Assembly: GCA_963666055.2 (NCBI GenBank)
Contig: CAXWPH010000012.1
Coordinates: 32,001 to 96,000 of the forward strand
DNA length: 64,000 nt
Source of the DNA: Acidobacteriota bacterium
GTDB lineage: Bacteria; Acidobacteriota; UBA890; WLXD01
Reading direction: 5' to 3'
A model generated the notes under the pieces. It was given only the letters and a program-made list of their open reading frames with translations. It was not told the origin of the DNA and searched no databases. The position numbers and the translations under genes were made by a program. This document shows, one piece after another, positions 9,876 to 20,501 of this stretch. The number at the start of each line of letters is the position of its first letter. The first letter of the stretch is position 1.

Positions 9876-11882
9876 ATGAGCTCCACCATCGCCGGGGACC
9901 AGTTCCGTCTAACAGCTGATTTCGAGCCCCAAGGCGATCAGCCTCAGGCCATCGAGGAGCTCGAGGCAGGGCTCGCTGCGGGCGCGGCGAACCAGGTCCT
10001 GTTGGGGGTCACCGGCTCCGGCAAGACCTTCACAATGGCGCAGATCATCGCGCGCCGGCAGCGTCCCGCCCTGGTCATCGCACACAACAAGACGCTGGCA
10101 GCGCAACTGTACCAGGAGTTTCGTGACTTCTTTCCTGACAACGCGGTGGAGTATTTCGTCTCCTATTACGACTACTACCAGCCCGAGGCCTACCTTCCGT
10201 CGACCGATACGTATATCGCCAAGGAAACGCTGGTCAACGAAGAAATCGATCGGATGCGGCACTCGGCGACGCGGTCTTTGTGGAGCCGTCGTGACGTCGT
10301 GATCGTGGCGTCAGTGTCCTGTATTTACGGTCTCGGAGCACCGGATTCTTACTACGGGCTCATGCTGCCGTTGGAAGTGGGGACGCGTCTGGACCGGCAG
10401 GACTTCCTGCGGCAACTCGTGGAGTTGCACTACACAAGGCGAGCGCACGGTCTCGAACGTGGCAGCTTTCGCGTACGCGGCGAAGAGGTGGAGGTTCTTC
10501 CCACCTACGGCGAGGAAGCGTTGCGCGTCACTTTCGATGATATGGAGGTCGTCGGGCTGGCCGAAATCGACCCGCTCATGGGGGAGACGCTGCGCCAGCA
10601 CACGAAGCTCGGCCTCTTTCCGGCATCGCACTACGTGACCACCTTGGAACGCCGCACAGAGGCGATCAAGACGATCAAGGCGGAGCTCGATGACTGGCTG
10701 CCAAAGCTCCATTCCGAGGGCAAGATGCTGGAGGCACAGCGGTTGCATCAACGCACGATGTTCGATCTCGAGATGATGCAGACGGTGGGCTACTGTCACG
10801 GTGTCGAAAACTACTCGCGACACCTGACGGGTCGCGAGCCAGGCGAACCCCCGCCGACGCTGATCGAGTATCTGCCGGAGGATCACATCGTCTTCATCGA
10901 CGAATCGCACATGACGGTGCCTCAGCTACGGGGCATGTACGAGGGCGACCGATCGCGAAAGACTACTCTGGTTGAGCACGGGTTCCGCCTGCCCTCAGCC
11001 CTCGACAATCGACCTCTGAACTTCAACGAGTTTCAGGGCCTCGTCGGGCAGGCTATCCACGTGTCGGCCACTCCGGGACCCTGGGAGCTCGAGGAGAGCG
11101 GCGGGGTCGTAGTCGAGCAGATCATCCGGCCCACCGGGTTGACCGACCCGGGTATTGACGTGCGTCCGGCTTCCGGGCAGGTAGATGACCTGCTTGCGGA
11201 GGTGCGAACCCGTGTCGACCGCTCCGAGCGCGTGTTGGTGACGACGCTAACCAAGCGCATGTCCGAGGAGCTCACCGACTACTACGGCGATCTGGGCGTT
11301 CGGGTGCGCTATCTGCACAGTGACATCGATACGCTCGACCGCATCAAGCTGCTGCGTGACTTCCGCCGCGGCGACTTCGACGTCCTCGTTGGGGTGAACT
11401 TGCTCCGCGAAGGACTCGATCTACCCGAAGTAACTCTCGTCGCAGTCTTGGACGCCGACAAGGAAGGCTTCTTGCGGTCGGCAACGGCACTCATCCAGAC
11501 AACCGGTCGCGCGGCTCGTAACGTCGCGGGGAAGGTCATCTTCTACGCCGATCGCGTTACCGCCTCGATGCAACATGCCATCGGCGAGACGACTCGTCGG
11601 CGCGCTATCCAGCAGGCCTACAACGACGAGCACGGCATCGTTCCCGAGACCATAGTGAAGCGGATCTCGGACATCTTTGGGCAGTTCTACGCTCGCGATT
11701 ACGTCGACCTCAACGTGGCCGAGGAACCGGAGCTTCCGATGGATAGCGTGAGCCTACACGAGCGCCTTGGCGAGCTCGAGAAGCAGATGTTGGCAGCCGC
11801 CGAGGAGCTCGACTTCGAGCAGGCGGCCGAGATTCGCGACCGCATGCAGGAGCTGCGCCGGCGGCAGCTCGGCATTTCATGA
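9876..11882 (+). CDS. uvrB: Excinuclease ABC subunit B
   Basis: [36 protein letters not shown]-terminal UVR domain; ATG at 9876. Confidence 0.97.
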   Translation: MSSTIAGDQFRLTADFEPQGDQPQAIEELEAGLAAGAANQVLLGVTGSGKTFTMAQIIARRQRPALVIAHNKTLAAQLYQEFRDFFPDNAVEYFVSYYDYYQPEAYLPSTDTYIAKETLVNEEIDRMRHSATRSLWSRRDVVIVASVSCIYGLGAPDSYYGLMLPLEVGTRLDRQDFLRQLVELHYTRRAHGLERGSFRVRGEEVEVLPTYGEEALRVTFDDMEVVGLAEIDPLMGETLRQHTKLGLFPASHYVTTLERRTEAIKTIKAELDDWLPKLHSEGKMLEAQRLHQRTMFDLEMMQTVGYCHGVENYSRHLTGREPGEPPPTLIEYLPEDHIVFIDESHMTVPQLRGMYEGDRSRKTTLVEHGFRLPSALDNRPLNFNEFQGLVGQAIHVSATPGPWELEESGGVVVEQIIRPTGLTDPGIDVRPASGQVDDLLAEVRTRVDRSERVLVTTLTKRMSEELTDYYGDLGVRVRYLHSDIDTLDRIKLLRDFRRGDFDVLVGVNLLREGLDLPEVTLVAVLDADKEGFLRSATALIQTTGRAARNVAGKVIFYADRVTASMQHAIGETTRRRAIQQAYNDEHGIVPETIVKRISDIFGQFYARDYVDLNVAEEPELPMDSVSLHERLGELEKQMLAAAEELDFEQAAEIRDRMQELRRRQLGIS

Positions 11883-11904
11883 AACGCCGCCGAAACCGCC
11901 CCTG

Positions 11905-13713
11905 ATGCCGATCGACGCGATCCGCGAGCTCGTCGGCAACCTGCCAGCGAAGCCGGGCGTTTACCTCTTCAAGGATGCTCGAGGTCGCACAATCTACGTC
12001 GGCAAAGCCAACCGTATTCGTGACCGCGTACGATCGCATCTCACCAGCGGCGGGGAGGAACGCCGTCAGCAGCGCATGCTCCACGAGGCCGTCGATGTGG
12101 AGGTGATCGTTACCGATTCCGAGGTCGAGGCACTGACGCTCGAGAACAGCCTCATCAAGCAGAGCGCACCACGGTTCAACGTGCTGCTGCGCGACGACAA
12201 GAACTATCCGTACTTGCGCTTGACCGAGAGTGAGAGGTTTCCCCGCCTGCAGCTGGTGCGCGGCATGAAACAGGACGGCGACGAGTACTTCGGCCCCTAC
12301 ATCCCAAACACCCGGGCGCGCCTCATGCAGGTGGTGGTGTATCGAAACTTCGGTCTGCGTCCGTGCAACATCGACATCGACGGCTCGTGGGAGCGCGCCT
12401 GCCTCTACTACGACATCGGCGAGTGTGCCGGCCCGTGCGTGCGTGCCTTTTGCGACGAAGAGCGTTACTCCGAGATCGCCAAGGAGGTGAAGCTGTTCCT
12501 CCAGGGAAAGGGCGAAGACCTGGAGGGCGATCTGGAAGCCAAGATGCTGAGTGCGTCATCAAACCAGCAATTCGAGCGCGCCGCTCATTATCGCGATCTT
12601 CTGGAGACCGTCCGGACCTCCTCGCGTGAGCAGAAGATGGCCTCGAAAGACCTCGGCAATCGTGACCTGTTCGCCTTTTATCGTGAGGGGCAGCGTGCCG
12701 CGCTGCAGGTCTTCCTGGTGCGCGATGGCCTCGTCGTCGAACGGCGTCAGTATTTCTGGGACGACGTAAAGGGCGCCGACGAGCAGGAGCTTCTGACTAC
12801 GAGTTTGCAGCAGTACTATCACGGCGGCACCACGATTCCGCCCGAGGTATGCGTACCAACGGCGCTTGATTCGGCCGACGTGCTGATGGAGTGGCTAAGA
12901 AACGCTCGTGGAGGAGCGGTCAAGTTGGTGGTTCCGCAGCGCGGGCCCAAGCGGCGATTGCTCGAGCTGGTAGTGCAGAACGCCAAGCTCGCGTACGCGC
13001 ATCGGTACGAGCGTGGCGCGGCAGAACGCGGCGCCCAGCGGTTGCAGGAATTGCTGGACTTGGACCATCCGCCGCAGCTGATCCAATGTGTTGATGTGTC
13101 GAATCTGCAGGGGGGACAGATCGTTGCCAGCTTGGTGTCGCTGCGCGATGGTAAACCCGATAAGTCGAGTTACAAGCGGTTCCGTATCCGCGACTTGGCT
13201 GGACAGGACGACTTCGAGTCCATTGCCCAGGTAGTTCGGCGACACTTTCAGCGGGTGCTGGACGGCGAGTTGCCAGCGCCCGACCTGTTGTTGATCGACG
13301 GTGGCAAGGGGCAACTGTCATCGGCGTATGCGGCATTGACGGAGCTCGGCATGCAGCAGCAGGCGGTGGCTGCAATCGAGAAGGGCGAGGAGAAGCTCTT
13401 CCTCGCGGGGCGCGCCGCTCCTGTTCCGTTGCGACCGCATGCGGATGCGCTCAAGTTGGTGCAGAGAGTGCGCGACGAGGCCCACCGCTTTGCGATCACC
13501 TACCATCGTTCACTGCGTAGCAAGTCGGTGCTGCGGTCAGAATTGAGCGAGATCCCCGGCGTCGGACCGAAGCGCCAACGCGCTTTGCTCCGTAGGTTCG
13601 GGTCCCTTGCCGGGGTGCGCACGGCTTCCGAGGCGGAATTGGCCGAGGTCGTCGGCATCAACCTCGCCGGGTCGATCCGCGACGTTCTAGCACCGACCAG
13701 ACCGGCGGGATAG
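11905..13713 (+). CDS. uvrC: Excinuclease ABC subunit C
   Basis: GIY-YIG (PGVYLF...IYVGKA), LRDDKNYPY, DGGKGQL, RDEAHRFA, HhH motif. Confidence 0.96.
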   Translation: MPIDAIRELVGNLPAKPGVYLFKDARGRTIYVGKANRIRDRVRSHLTSGGEERRQQRMLHEAVDVEVIVTDSEVEALTLENSLIKQSAPRFNVLLRDDKNYPYLRLTESERFPRLQLVRGMKQDGDEYFGPYIPNTRARLMQVVVYRNFGLRPCNIDIDGSWERACLYYDIGECAGPCVRAFCDEERYSEIAKEVKLFLQGKGEDLEGDLEAKMLSASSNQQFERAAHYRDLLETVRTSSREQKMASKDLGNRDLFAFYREGQRAALQVFLVRDGLVVERRQYFWDDVKGADEQELLTTSLQQYYHGGTTIPPEVCVPTALDSADVLMEWLRNARGGAVKLVVPQRGPKRRLLELVVQNAKLAYAHRYERGAAERGAQRLQELLDLDHPPQLIQCVDVSNLQGGQIVASLVSLRDGKPDKSSYKRFRIRDLAGQDDFESIAQVVRRHFQRVLDGELPAPDLLLIDGGKGQLSSAYAALTELGMQQQAVAAIEKGEEKLFLAGRAAPVPLRPHADALKLVQRVRDEAHRFAITYHRSLRSKSVLRSELSEIPGVGPKRQRALLRRFGSLAGVRTASEAELAEVVGINLAGSIRDVLAPTRPAG

Positions 13714-13722
13714 CATCACTCT

Positions 13723-14373
13723 ATGGAGGGAGCCGGCCTCATCGTCACCCAGATCGTCGCGCTGCTGTTCGCGATCTCGTTTCACGAGTCGGCGCACGCC
13801 TGGTCGGCCGACCGACTCGGCGACCCGACGGCACGGATGCTTGGCCGAGTGACCATGAACCCGCTCGCCCATATCGATCCGATAATGACGATCTTGTTCC
13901 CGGCCATGATGATCTTCGCCGGGCTGCCACCGTTCGGTGCTGCGAAGCCGGTGCCGGTCAATACGGCCAACCTGCTCCGTCCGAAGCGAGATCACGCCTG
14001 GATTGCCGCCGCGGGGCCGCTGAGCAACGTGCTCTTAGCGGTGATTTGCGTGTTCTTGATACGTTTGATGCGTGCCAACCAGGAAGTGCTCGTCGGCCTT
14101 GTCTCAGCAAGCGTGTTTCTGCCAGTCCTGCAGTTGCTGGTGGCTTCCTTGCTGATCAATTTGCTGCTGGCCGCCTTCAACATGATCCCGATTCCGCCGC
14201 TGGACGGCTCGTGGATCCTCTCGGCGACGCTGTCCGGCTCGGTGGCGCGGTTCTACCGCTCCATACAGCCATACGGCTTCTTCATCCTGATCGCGCTGAT
14301 ATGGCTCGGCGCCTTACGGGTGTTCATCTTGCCGGTGATCCGTTTAGGGCAAACCCTTGCGGGCCTCGGATAG
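13723..14373 (+). CDS. Site-2 protease family (M50) membrane metalloprotease
   Basis: HESAH zinc motif, AAGPLSN, FNMIPIPPLDG. Confidence 0.92.
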   Translation: MEGAGLIVTQIVALLFAISFHESAHAWSADRLGDPTARMLGRVTMNPLAHIDPIMTILFPAMMIFAGLPPFGAAKPVPVNTANLLRPKRDHAWIAAAGPLSNVLLAVICVFLIRLMRANQEVLVGLVSASVFLPVLQLLVASLLINLLLAAFNMIPIPPLDGSWILSATLSGSVARFYRSIQPYGFFILIALIWLGALRVFILPVIRLGQTLAGLG

Positions 14374-14389
14374 GCGCGACGATCCGATC

Positions 14390-15157
14390 GTGGCCGATGA
14401 AAACTCAACCCCGTTTCTCGTTCATACGGAGTCTTTTGACGGACCACTCGACCTGCTGCTCCACTTGGTGCGCCGCCATGAGGTTGCGATCGAACAGGTG
14501 CCGCTGGCGCAGATCACCGCTGAGTATGTCGAGACCCTCGAGCTCATGGCCGAGCTCGAGCTGGAGCCGGCTGCAGAGTTCTTAGAGGTCGCGGCCACGT
14601 TGATGCGCTTCAAGGCCCGGGCCCTGCTGCCGCGCCCAGCGGTTCCAGAAGACCCTGAGCTCGCTGCGCAAGAGGAAGCCGTACTACTTCAGCAGCTCGT
14701 AGAGCACCAGGTCGTTCGCCTGGCAGCACAGCAGCTACGTCACCGCGAAAACCAAGCCGCGGCGGTGTGGTTCCGAGGCGAGGTCAGCCCCGCCGGCATC
14801 GAGGCCACCGACAGCGAGATCGTCGAGGCTGACCTGTTCACTCTGGTGACGGCATTCCGCAATGTCGTGGCTGGTCTCGAGGAGCCTGCTGCCTTCGAGG
14901 TTCCGCGTGAGGAGTTCTCCGTGGCCGAATGTTCCGCCGAGATCCGCGCCAAGCTCGCCTTGGGCGTGCCAGTACCGTTCCTGGAGCTCTTCGAGTCAGG
15001 AGCACCGCGCGGCAAGTTGATCGCGACGTTTCTGGCACTACTGGACCTGATACGCGGCTCCATGGTGCGCGCGTTCCAGGACGGGCCGCTGGGCACGATC
15101 TTGGTCTTTTCCACTGACGCTGACGATGATGTCGGCACCAACGAGACGACCGCATGA
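14390..15157 (+). CDS. scpA: Segregation and condensation protein A
   Basis: FDGPLDLLLHLV, C-terminal ATFLALLDL; next to scpB. Confidence 0.93.
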   Translation: MADENSTPFLVHTESFDGPLDLLLHLVRRHEVAIEQVPLAQITAEYVETLELMAELELEPAAEFLEVAATLMRFKARALLPRPAVPEDPELAAQEEAVLLQQLVEHQVVRLAAQQLRHRENQAAAVWFRGEVSPAGIEATDSEIVEADLFTLVTAFRNVVAGLEEPAAFEVPREEFSVAECSAEIRAKLALGVPVPFLELFESGAPRGKLIATFLALLDLIRGSMVRAFQDGPLGTILVFSTDADDDVGTNETTA

Positions 15158-15726
15158 CCGAGTCCGCGGATTCTGTTGAGCTGCTCAGCACTATCGAAGC
15201 GGTGCTTTATGCCGCCGATCAGCCGGTATCGGCGGACCGGTTGGTGGAGCTCGTCTCGAAAGCGTGTGACGGGGATGGGGACGCCAACCTCGACGTGGAC
15301 ACGGTGCGCTCGGCATGCCTGGAACTGGAGGAGCGCTATCGAGCCAACGCCTCAGCGCTACAGGTCATGGAGATTGCTCGAGGATACCGTCTCGGTACCC
15401 GGCCGCATTTCGATGCCATTATTCGTCTACTGCGACAGGTCGAGCGGCCCACCCAGCTGTCGTTGCCGGCACTCGAAACGCTGGCCGTGGTCGCCTACCG
15501 CCAGCCCACCACAATTGCTGAGATCCACTCGATCCGTGGCAAGGACCCCGGGGCTGCCCTACGCCGGTTACGCGATCTGCGGTTGGTGCGAATCACAGGC
15601 CGGCGCCGAGCGGTTGGACGTCCGTTTACATATGGCACCACAGATCGTTTTCTGGAGCTCTTCGGCCTCCGAGACCTCACGGAGCTGCCGTCGGAGGAGG
15701 AGTTCCAAGAGTTGCTCGAAGCCTGA
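15154..15726 (+). CDS. scpB: Segregation and condensation protein B
   Basis: IEAVLY, LSLPALETLAVVAYRQP, GRPFTYGTTDRFLELFGL. Confidence 0.94.
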   Translation: MTESADSVELLSTIEAVLYAADQPVSADRLVELVSKACDGDGDANLDVDTVRSACLELEERYRANASALQVMEIARGYRLGTRPHFDAIIRLLRQVERPTQLSLPALETLAVVAYRQPTTIAEIHSIRGKDPGAALRRLRDLRLVRITGRRRAVGRPFTYGTTDRFLELFGLRDLTELPSEEEFQELLEA

Positions 15727-16488
15727 GTGCCCGCCGCGATGCCATCGGCGCGACTCCAGAAGCTCATCGCCGCCGCCGGGCTCACCTCGCGCCGCAAGGC
15801 CGAGGGACTGATAGTCAATGGGCGGGTGACGGTAAATGGCGCCGTGATCTCGGACCTCGGCGCCAAAGCCGACGTCGACCTTGATGATGTGCGCGTTGAC
15901 GGCCAACCCCTGCCGCGTCCACGGCGCGTATACCTGGCGCTCAACAAGCCGCGCGGGGGGGTGAGCTCGCTGCATGACCCGTATGCGCAGCGCGTCATTA
16001 CCGATCTACTGGGGAGCGACATCCAGGAGCGCGTCTATCCGGCGGGCCGGCTCGACCGCGAGAGCGAGGGGCTTATCCTGTTGACCAACGACGGGGCGCT
16101 CATGCAGGCCATGACCCGACCGGGCGGCGGGGTGGAAAAAGTCTATACAGTGCACGTCCGTGGGGTCCCGAATGAAGCCGATCTCGATCAGCTGCGCGCC
16201 GGCACGCGGCTGAATGGGCACCGCCTGTTGGCGTGCAGCGTCGAACCCTTGCCAGGGTCCGCCCCGCAGCAATCCGTGTTCCGTGTGATCCTGCACGAGG
16301 GGAAGAAGAACCAGATTCGACGGATGTTCGGCGATCTCGGCTACTGCGTGGAGAAGCTGGTTCGCACGCGGATCGGCCCCGTCAGACTCGGCGATCTGCA
16401 GCCCGCGTCGTACCGCAGGCTAAGCAAGCGTGAGGAGACCGTCTTGAAGCGGCAGGCCCTGCGACAGGCGCCGAATGAGGCGCGATGA
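15727..16488 (+). CDS. rluB: rRNA pseudouridine synthase (RluB/RsuA family)
   Basis: S4 domain RLQKLIAAAGLTSRRKAE, GRLDRESEGL, EGKKNQIRRM. Start may be ATG 15739. Confidence 0.88.
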   Translation: MPAAMPSARLQKLIAAAGLTSRRKAEGLIVNGRVTVNGAVISDLGAKADVDLDDVRVDGQPLPRPRRVYLALNKPRGGVSSLHDPYAQRVITDLLGSDIQERVYPAGRLDRESEGLILLTNDGALMQAMTRPGGGVEKVYTVHVRGVPNEADLDQLRAGTRLNGHRLLACSVEPLPGSAPQQSVFRVILHEGKKNQIRRMFGDLGYCVEKLVRTRIGPVRLGDLQPASYRRLSKREETVLKRQALRQAPNEAR

Positions 16489-17138
16489 GCGATCATCCCT
16501 TGCGCATAGCCATCGACGGACCGAGTGGGGCAGGCAAGTCGACCTTGGCACGGGCTCTCGCTCGAGCCTTGGGCCTGCGCTACCTCGACACCGGATCGAT
16601 GTACCGCGCCGTCGCCTGGAAGGCCATGCAGGCCAGCGCGCTAGATTCCGACGACGTCGTGGCACTGCTCGACGGCATGGATCTACAGGTGACCGCGGAC
16701 CCGGAGAACTTCCGGGTCCGAGTCGGGGGGATCGACGTAACCGACGAGCTGCGGACCCCGAGCATCGGCCGCCGCGCTTCCGAGGTGGCTCAGATTGCCG
16801 CAGTGCGTGCTTGGTTGCTGCAGCGGCAGCGCGACGAGGCGGAGCACGGCGCGGTCCTCGAGGGACGCGATATCGGCAGCGTGGTGCTTCCCGACGCCGA
16901 TGCCAAGTTTTTTATCACGGCGCCCGAAGCGGAGCGCCTAGAGAGACGCGCCCGCCAGCTCGGCGGGGCCAGCTCTGCCGAGGTCGCCGAGGATGTCCGC
17001 GATCGCGATCGGCGCGACGAGCAACGCGCCGCATCACCGCTGCGAGTCTCGCCCGGGGCAACCGTCATCAATACCGGCGGCGAGGACGAGGAGACGAGCC
17101 TGAAGCGGCTCCTGCGTGTGGTCCGCGCGTCGCGTTGA
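16485..17138 (+). CDS. cmk: Cytidylate kinase
   Basis: IAIDGPSGAGKST, YLDTGSMYRA, EGRDIG. Confidence 0.95.
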   Translation: MSDHPLRIAIDGPSGAGKSTLARALARALGLRYLDTGSMYRAVAWKAMQASALDSDDVVALLDGMDLQVTADPENFRVRVGGIDVTDELRTPSIGRRASEVAQIAAVRAWLLQRQRDEAEHGAVLEGRDIGSVVLPDADAKFFITAPEAERLERRARQLGGASSAEVAEDVRDRDRRDEQRAASPLRVSPGATVINTGGEDEETSLKRLLRVVRASR

Positions 17139-17163
17139 CAGTCACCCGAGACCCCCCTAGGAT
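17135..17163 (+). promoter_or_regulatory. Sigma70-type promoter for rpsA
   Basis: TTGACA (17135-17140), exactly 17 bp, TAGGAT (17158-17163); overlaps the cmk stop. Confidence 0.75.
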
Positions 17164-17234
17164 TAGGGGCTGCCCCCGTAGGGCATAGGTGTGCCCAGAG
17201 GGCAAATTCCGCGTTCAGGAGGATACCCAACCCC

Positions 17235-19064
17235 ATGTCGGTCCAGACGGAAGAAGAACCAAACTCGCGCCCCTTGGACGATTTGCTCGCCCAGCTCGAC
17301 GCCATGGAAGGCGGGCAGATCGACCCCAAGCTCATGATGCAGCTCTACGAAGAGAGCCTGCAGGATCTCGCAGAGGGCGAAGTTGTCAACGGAAACGTAC
17401 TCGAAGTACGCGAGAACGACGTCCTCATAGATATCGGCTACAAGTCGGAAGGTCTCGTCGACATCAACGAGTTCCGCGATCCCCTCGGCGAGTTGCTGGT
17501 TGCCGCCGGCGACCAGGTCGAGGTGCTGCTCGTCCGACGCGAGGATCAGAACGGTAACGTCATCGTCTCCAAGGACAAAGCGGAGAAGATGAAGGTATGG
17601 GGCAAGATCGAGGAAGCCTACCGCGATGAGGCGACGATCAAAGGAATCGTCACGGACCGCGTCAAGGGTGGCCTGTCAGTTGACATCGGGGTGCGCGCCT
17701 TCCTGCCAGGCTCCCAAGTCGACCTGCGCCCGGTGCGCAACCTCGAGGCAATGCGCGGCGAGGAAATCGAGTGCCGCGTCATCAAGGTAAACAAGCGCCG
17801 CGCCAACGTCGTCGTGTCGCGCAAGGCGGTGCTCGAAGAGGCTCGCGCCGAAGAGAAGAAGGGCACGCTCGGCAAGCTCATCACTGGCAATATCCTTCCC
17901 GGTGTAGTCAAGAACATCACCGACTACGGGTGTTTCACCGATCTGGGTGGTATTGACGGCTTGCTGCATATTACCGACATGTCCTGGGGACGCATTTCGC
18001 ACCCCACTGAGATGTTCAAGATCGGCGATGAGATCAAGGTCGTCATCCTCAGCTTCGACCCGGAGCGCGAGCGCGTGTCGCTGGGCTGCAAGCAGCTCAC
18101 GCAGGATCCTTGGATCGGAGTGACCGAGAAGTATCCAGTCGGATCGCGACTCCAGGGGAAGGTCGTCAGCCTTACCGACTATGGCGCCTTCGTGGAGCTC
18201 GAGGAGGGCGTCGAGGGGCTCGTCCACATCTCGGAGATGACCTGGAAAAAGCGCATCAAGCACCCCTCCAAGCTGGTGCAGATCGCCGACCCGGTGGACA
18301 TCGTCATTCTTGACGTCGACGAGGACAACCGTCGCATCTCGTTGGGCATGAAACAGACTGAGCCCAACCCCTGGCGCGTCATTGCCGACAAGTATCATGA
18401 GGGTCAGGTAATCACTGGCCGGGTCCGAAACCTGACCGACTTCGGTGCCTTTGTAGAGATCGAGGATGGCATCGACGGCTTGATCCACATCTCCGACATG
18501 TCGTGGACCAAGCGCGTCGAACACCCTTCTGAGGTCCTGCAAAAGGGGCAGGAGGTTGAGGTCGCGGTGCTGAATGTCGACGTTGAGCGACAGCGCCTGT
18601 CGCTCGGTCTCAAGCAACTGCGGCCGAACGTCTGGGACCAGTTCATCGAGAAACATCACGTGGGCGACCAGATCAGCGGGCAAGTAACCAAGCTGACCAA
18701 CTTCGGTGCGTTTGTGGAACTGCAGGAGGGCCTCGAGGGACTCCTGCACGTTTCCGAGATCGCGGATCGGCACGTGAAGGACCCGGCAGACGAGCTGAAG
18801 GTCGGAGATACCGTCGACGTACGCATACTCAAGATCGAAACCGACGCTCGAAAGATCGCCCTCTCTCTGCGCGAAGGAGACAGCGCGGCACCGCCGCGTG
18901 ACTACGAGCCGGTCGCACCGGCTGAGCCCACCAGCCGTTACGAGAAGGACGGCACGATGACGCTCGGGGACATGGTTGGGAACATCTTCGGCTCCAGATC
19001 CGACGCGGCGTCAGAATCCGACGACGACGCGCCGCCGGACGAGCCAGACGTGGACGAGGAGTAG
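17235..19064 (+). CDS. rpsA: 30S ribosomal protein S1
   Basis: Tandem S1 repeats (DYGAFVEL...GLVHISEM); AGGAGG upstream; cmk-rpsA-ihfB synteny. Confidence 0.97.
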   Translation: MSVQTEEEPNSRPLDDLLAQLDAMEGGQIDPKLMMQLYEESLQDLAEGEVVNGNVLEVRENDVLIDIGYKSEGLVDINEFRDPLGELLVAAGDQVEVLLVRREDQNGNVIVSKDKAEKMKVWGKIEEAYRDEATIKGIVTDRVKGGLSVDIGVRAFLPGSQVDLRPVRNLEAMRGEEIECRVIKVNKRRANVVVSRKAVLEEARAEEKKGTLGKLITGNILPGVVKNITDYGCFTDLGGIDGLLHITDMSWGRISHPTEMFKIGDEIKVVILSFDPERERVSLGCKQLTQDPWIGVTEKYPVGSRLQGKVVSLTDYGAFVELEEGVEGLVHISEMTWKKRIKHPSKLVQIADPVDIVILDVDEDNRRISLGMKQTEPNPWRVIADKYHEGQVITGRVRNLTDFGAFVEIEDGIDGLIHISDMSWTKRVEHPSEVLQKGQEVEVAVLNVDVERQRLSLGLKQLRPNVWDQFIEKHHVGDQISGQVTKLTNFGAFVELQEGLEGLLHVSEIADRHVKDPADELKVGDTVDVRILKIETDARKIALSLREGDSAAPPRDYEPVAPAEPTSRYEKDGTMTLGDMVGNIFGSRSDAASESDDDAPPDEPDVDEE

Positions 19065-19103
19065 CGGCGCCGGCCGGTGGCCGAACAATACGCCCGTGTA
19101 GCG

Positions 19104-19379
19104 ATGACCAAAGCGGACCTGATCGAAGAGGTAGCGGTGGTTTCCGAGCTCAGCAAGAAGAGTTCGGAGGTCATCGTGAACACTTTCTTCAACAGCATCG
19201 TCGAGTCGCTAACGCGGGGCGACAAGGTCGAGCTCCGTGGCTTCGGCACCTTCAAGTTGCGCCGCCGCCGAGCACGCATTGGCCGAAATCCGAGGACCGG
19301 CGAGCGCGTTGACGTGCCGGCCAAGGTGGTGCCGTTCTTCAAGCCGGGCAAGGAGCTTCGCGAGCTCGTCAATCGCTAG
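19104..19379 (+). CDS. ihfB: Integration host factor beta / HU family
   Basis: MTKADL, VELRGFGTF, GRNPRTGE, FKPGKEL. Confidence 0.88.
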   Translation: MTKADLIEEVAVVSELSKKSSEVIVNTFFNSIVESLTRGDKVELRGFGTFKLRRRRARIGRNPRTGERVDVPAKVVPFFKPGKELRELVNR

Positions 19380-19424
19380 CCCCTGTTCCTAAACGCCGCC
19401 AGTCGAGTCTGGTCGCAGGGGTAG

Positions 19425-20501
19425 GTGGCGCATGCGGGAACCAACGTGAACCCACTGCTGAGTGTTATCGAGCAACAGGTGCGTGATCAGGCAAGAGACC
19501 TGGCCCTCGAGCACGTTGCACCTCGGGCGGCGGTTATCGATAGCTCCGGTTGCTGCCCGGACGAGCTCGTGCAGCGGCTCTGTGCGCTGATCTCCGACCA
19601 CGTCGACGGCGCCTGCCCGACGCCGATGCACCTGGCCTTGCGTCTGGAACAAGTGGCTCGCCACAGCGCCGCAGCGGCGGCCATTGCGGCGGCCCACGGG
19701 GTCGGGAGCTTCATCGCACGCGACCACGGCAAGCTCGACGCGCCGGTGGCCGACAATGGCCCCATCTACGTTGCTGTCTACGGCGGCACCGCCCTTTCGG
19801 CGGAGGCGTCCGACGATGGAGTGGTGTTGCAGGGAACCGTCGACCTGGCACCGGGCGCAGCCTACGCGACGGCCTTCGTGGTGGCCTGCGAGCAAGGAAG
19901 CGCCGCCGGTGTCTTCGTCGTTCTCGCCAACGCCGACGGCGTCTCCGTCGGACCTACGGAGGTCTTGATGGGCCTGGCGGGCAGCGGCACGGCTTCCATC
20001 ACGTGGGCAGGGGCCCGGCTGACGCCGTCCGCGCGGGTGGGGGATCTAGAACAGGTCTCGAGGCTCCTGGACGCCACGCGTATCGCTCACGCAGCCCAAG
20101 CGGTGGGGATCGCAACGGGCGCGCTGGACGCCGCTTTGACGCACTTGGCCTCTGCCAACACTGCCGAGGATATGCGCCAGCCGCCGCAGTCAACTCAGTG
20201 GATGCTGGCCGATATCGCCACCGAGTCGGAGGCGGCGCGGCTGTCGCTGTGGCACGCTGCGCTGGAGCTCGGTACCGGCAACGCGTACGAGGCCGGTGCG
20301 ATGTGCCGCCTGCTGGCAGCCGAGGCCGCCGTCGCAGCCAGCCGCCGCGCCATACAGATAGTCGGGGAACAAGGTACCCTGCGCGCCTCGGTGTTCGAGC
20401 GCCTCTACAGGGATGCGAAGGTCATGGAGGTGCTGGGCGGTACGAACGAAGACCAGCTTGGAATCATCGCCGACGGGCTGCTACCTACCCTGCCGCGCTA
20501 G
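19425..20501 (+). CDS. Divergent acyl-CoA dehydrogenase family protein (probably non-catalytic)
   Basis: C-terminal ACAD helices (RIAHAAQAVGIA, QWMLADI, ERLYRDAK); TEPxxGSD motif absent; LGGT in place of YEGT. Confidence 0.75.
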   Translation: MAHAGTNVNPLLSVIEQQVRDQARDLALEHVAPRAAVIDSSGCCPDELVQRLCALISDHVDGACPTPMHLALRLEQVARHSAAAAAIAAAHGVGSFIARDHGKLDAPVADNGPIYVAVYGGTALSAEASDDGVVLQGTVDLAPGAAYATAFVVACEQGSAAGVFVVLANADGVSVGPTEVLMGLAGSGTASITWAGARLTPSARVGDLEQVSRLLDATRIAHAAQAVGIATGALDAALTHLASANTAEDMRQPPQSTQWMLADIATESEAARLSLWHAALELGTGNAYEAGAMCRLLAAEAAVAASRRAIQIVGEQGTLRASVFERLYRDAKVMEVLGGTNEDQLGIIADGLLPTLPR

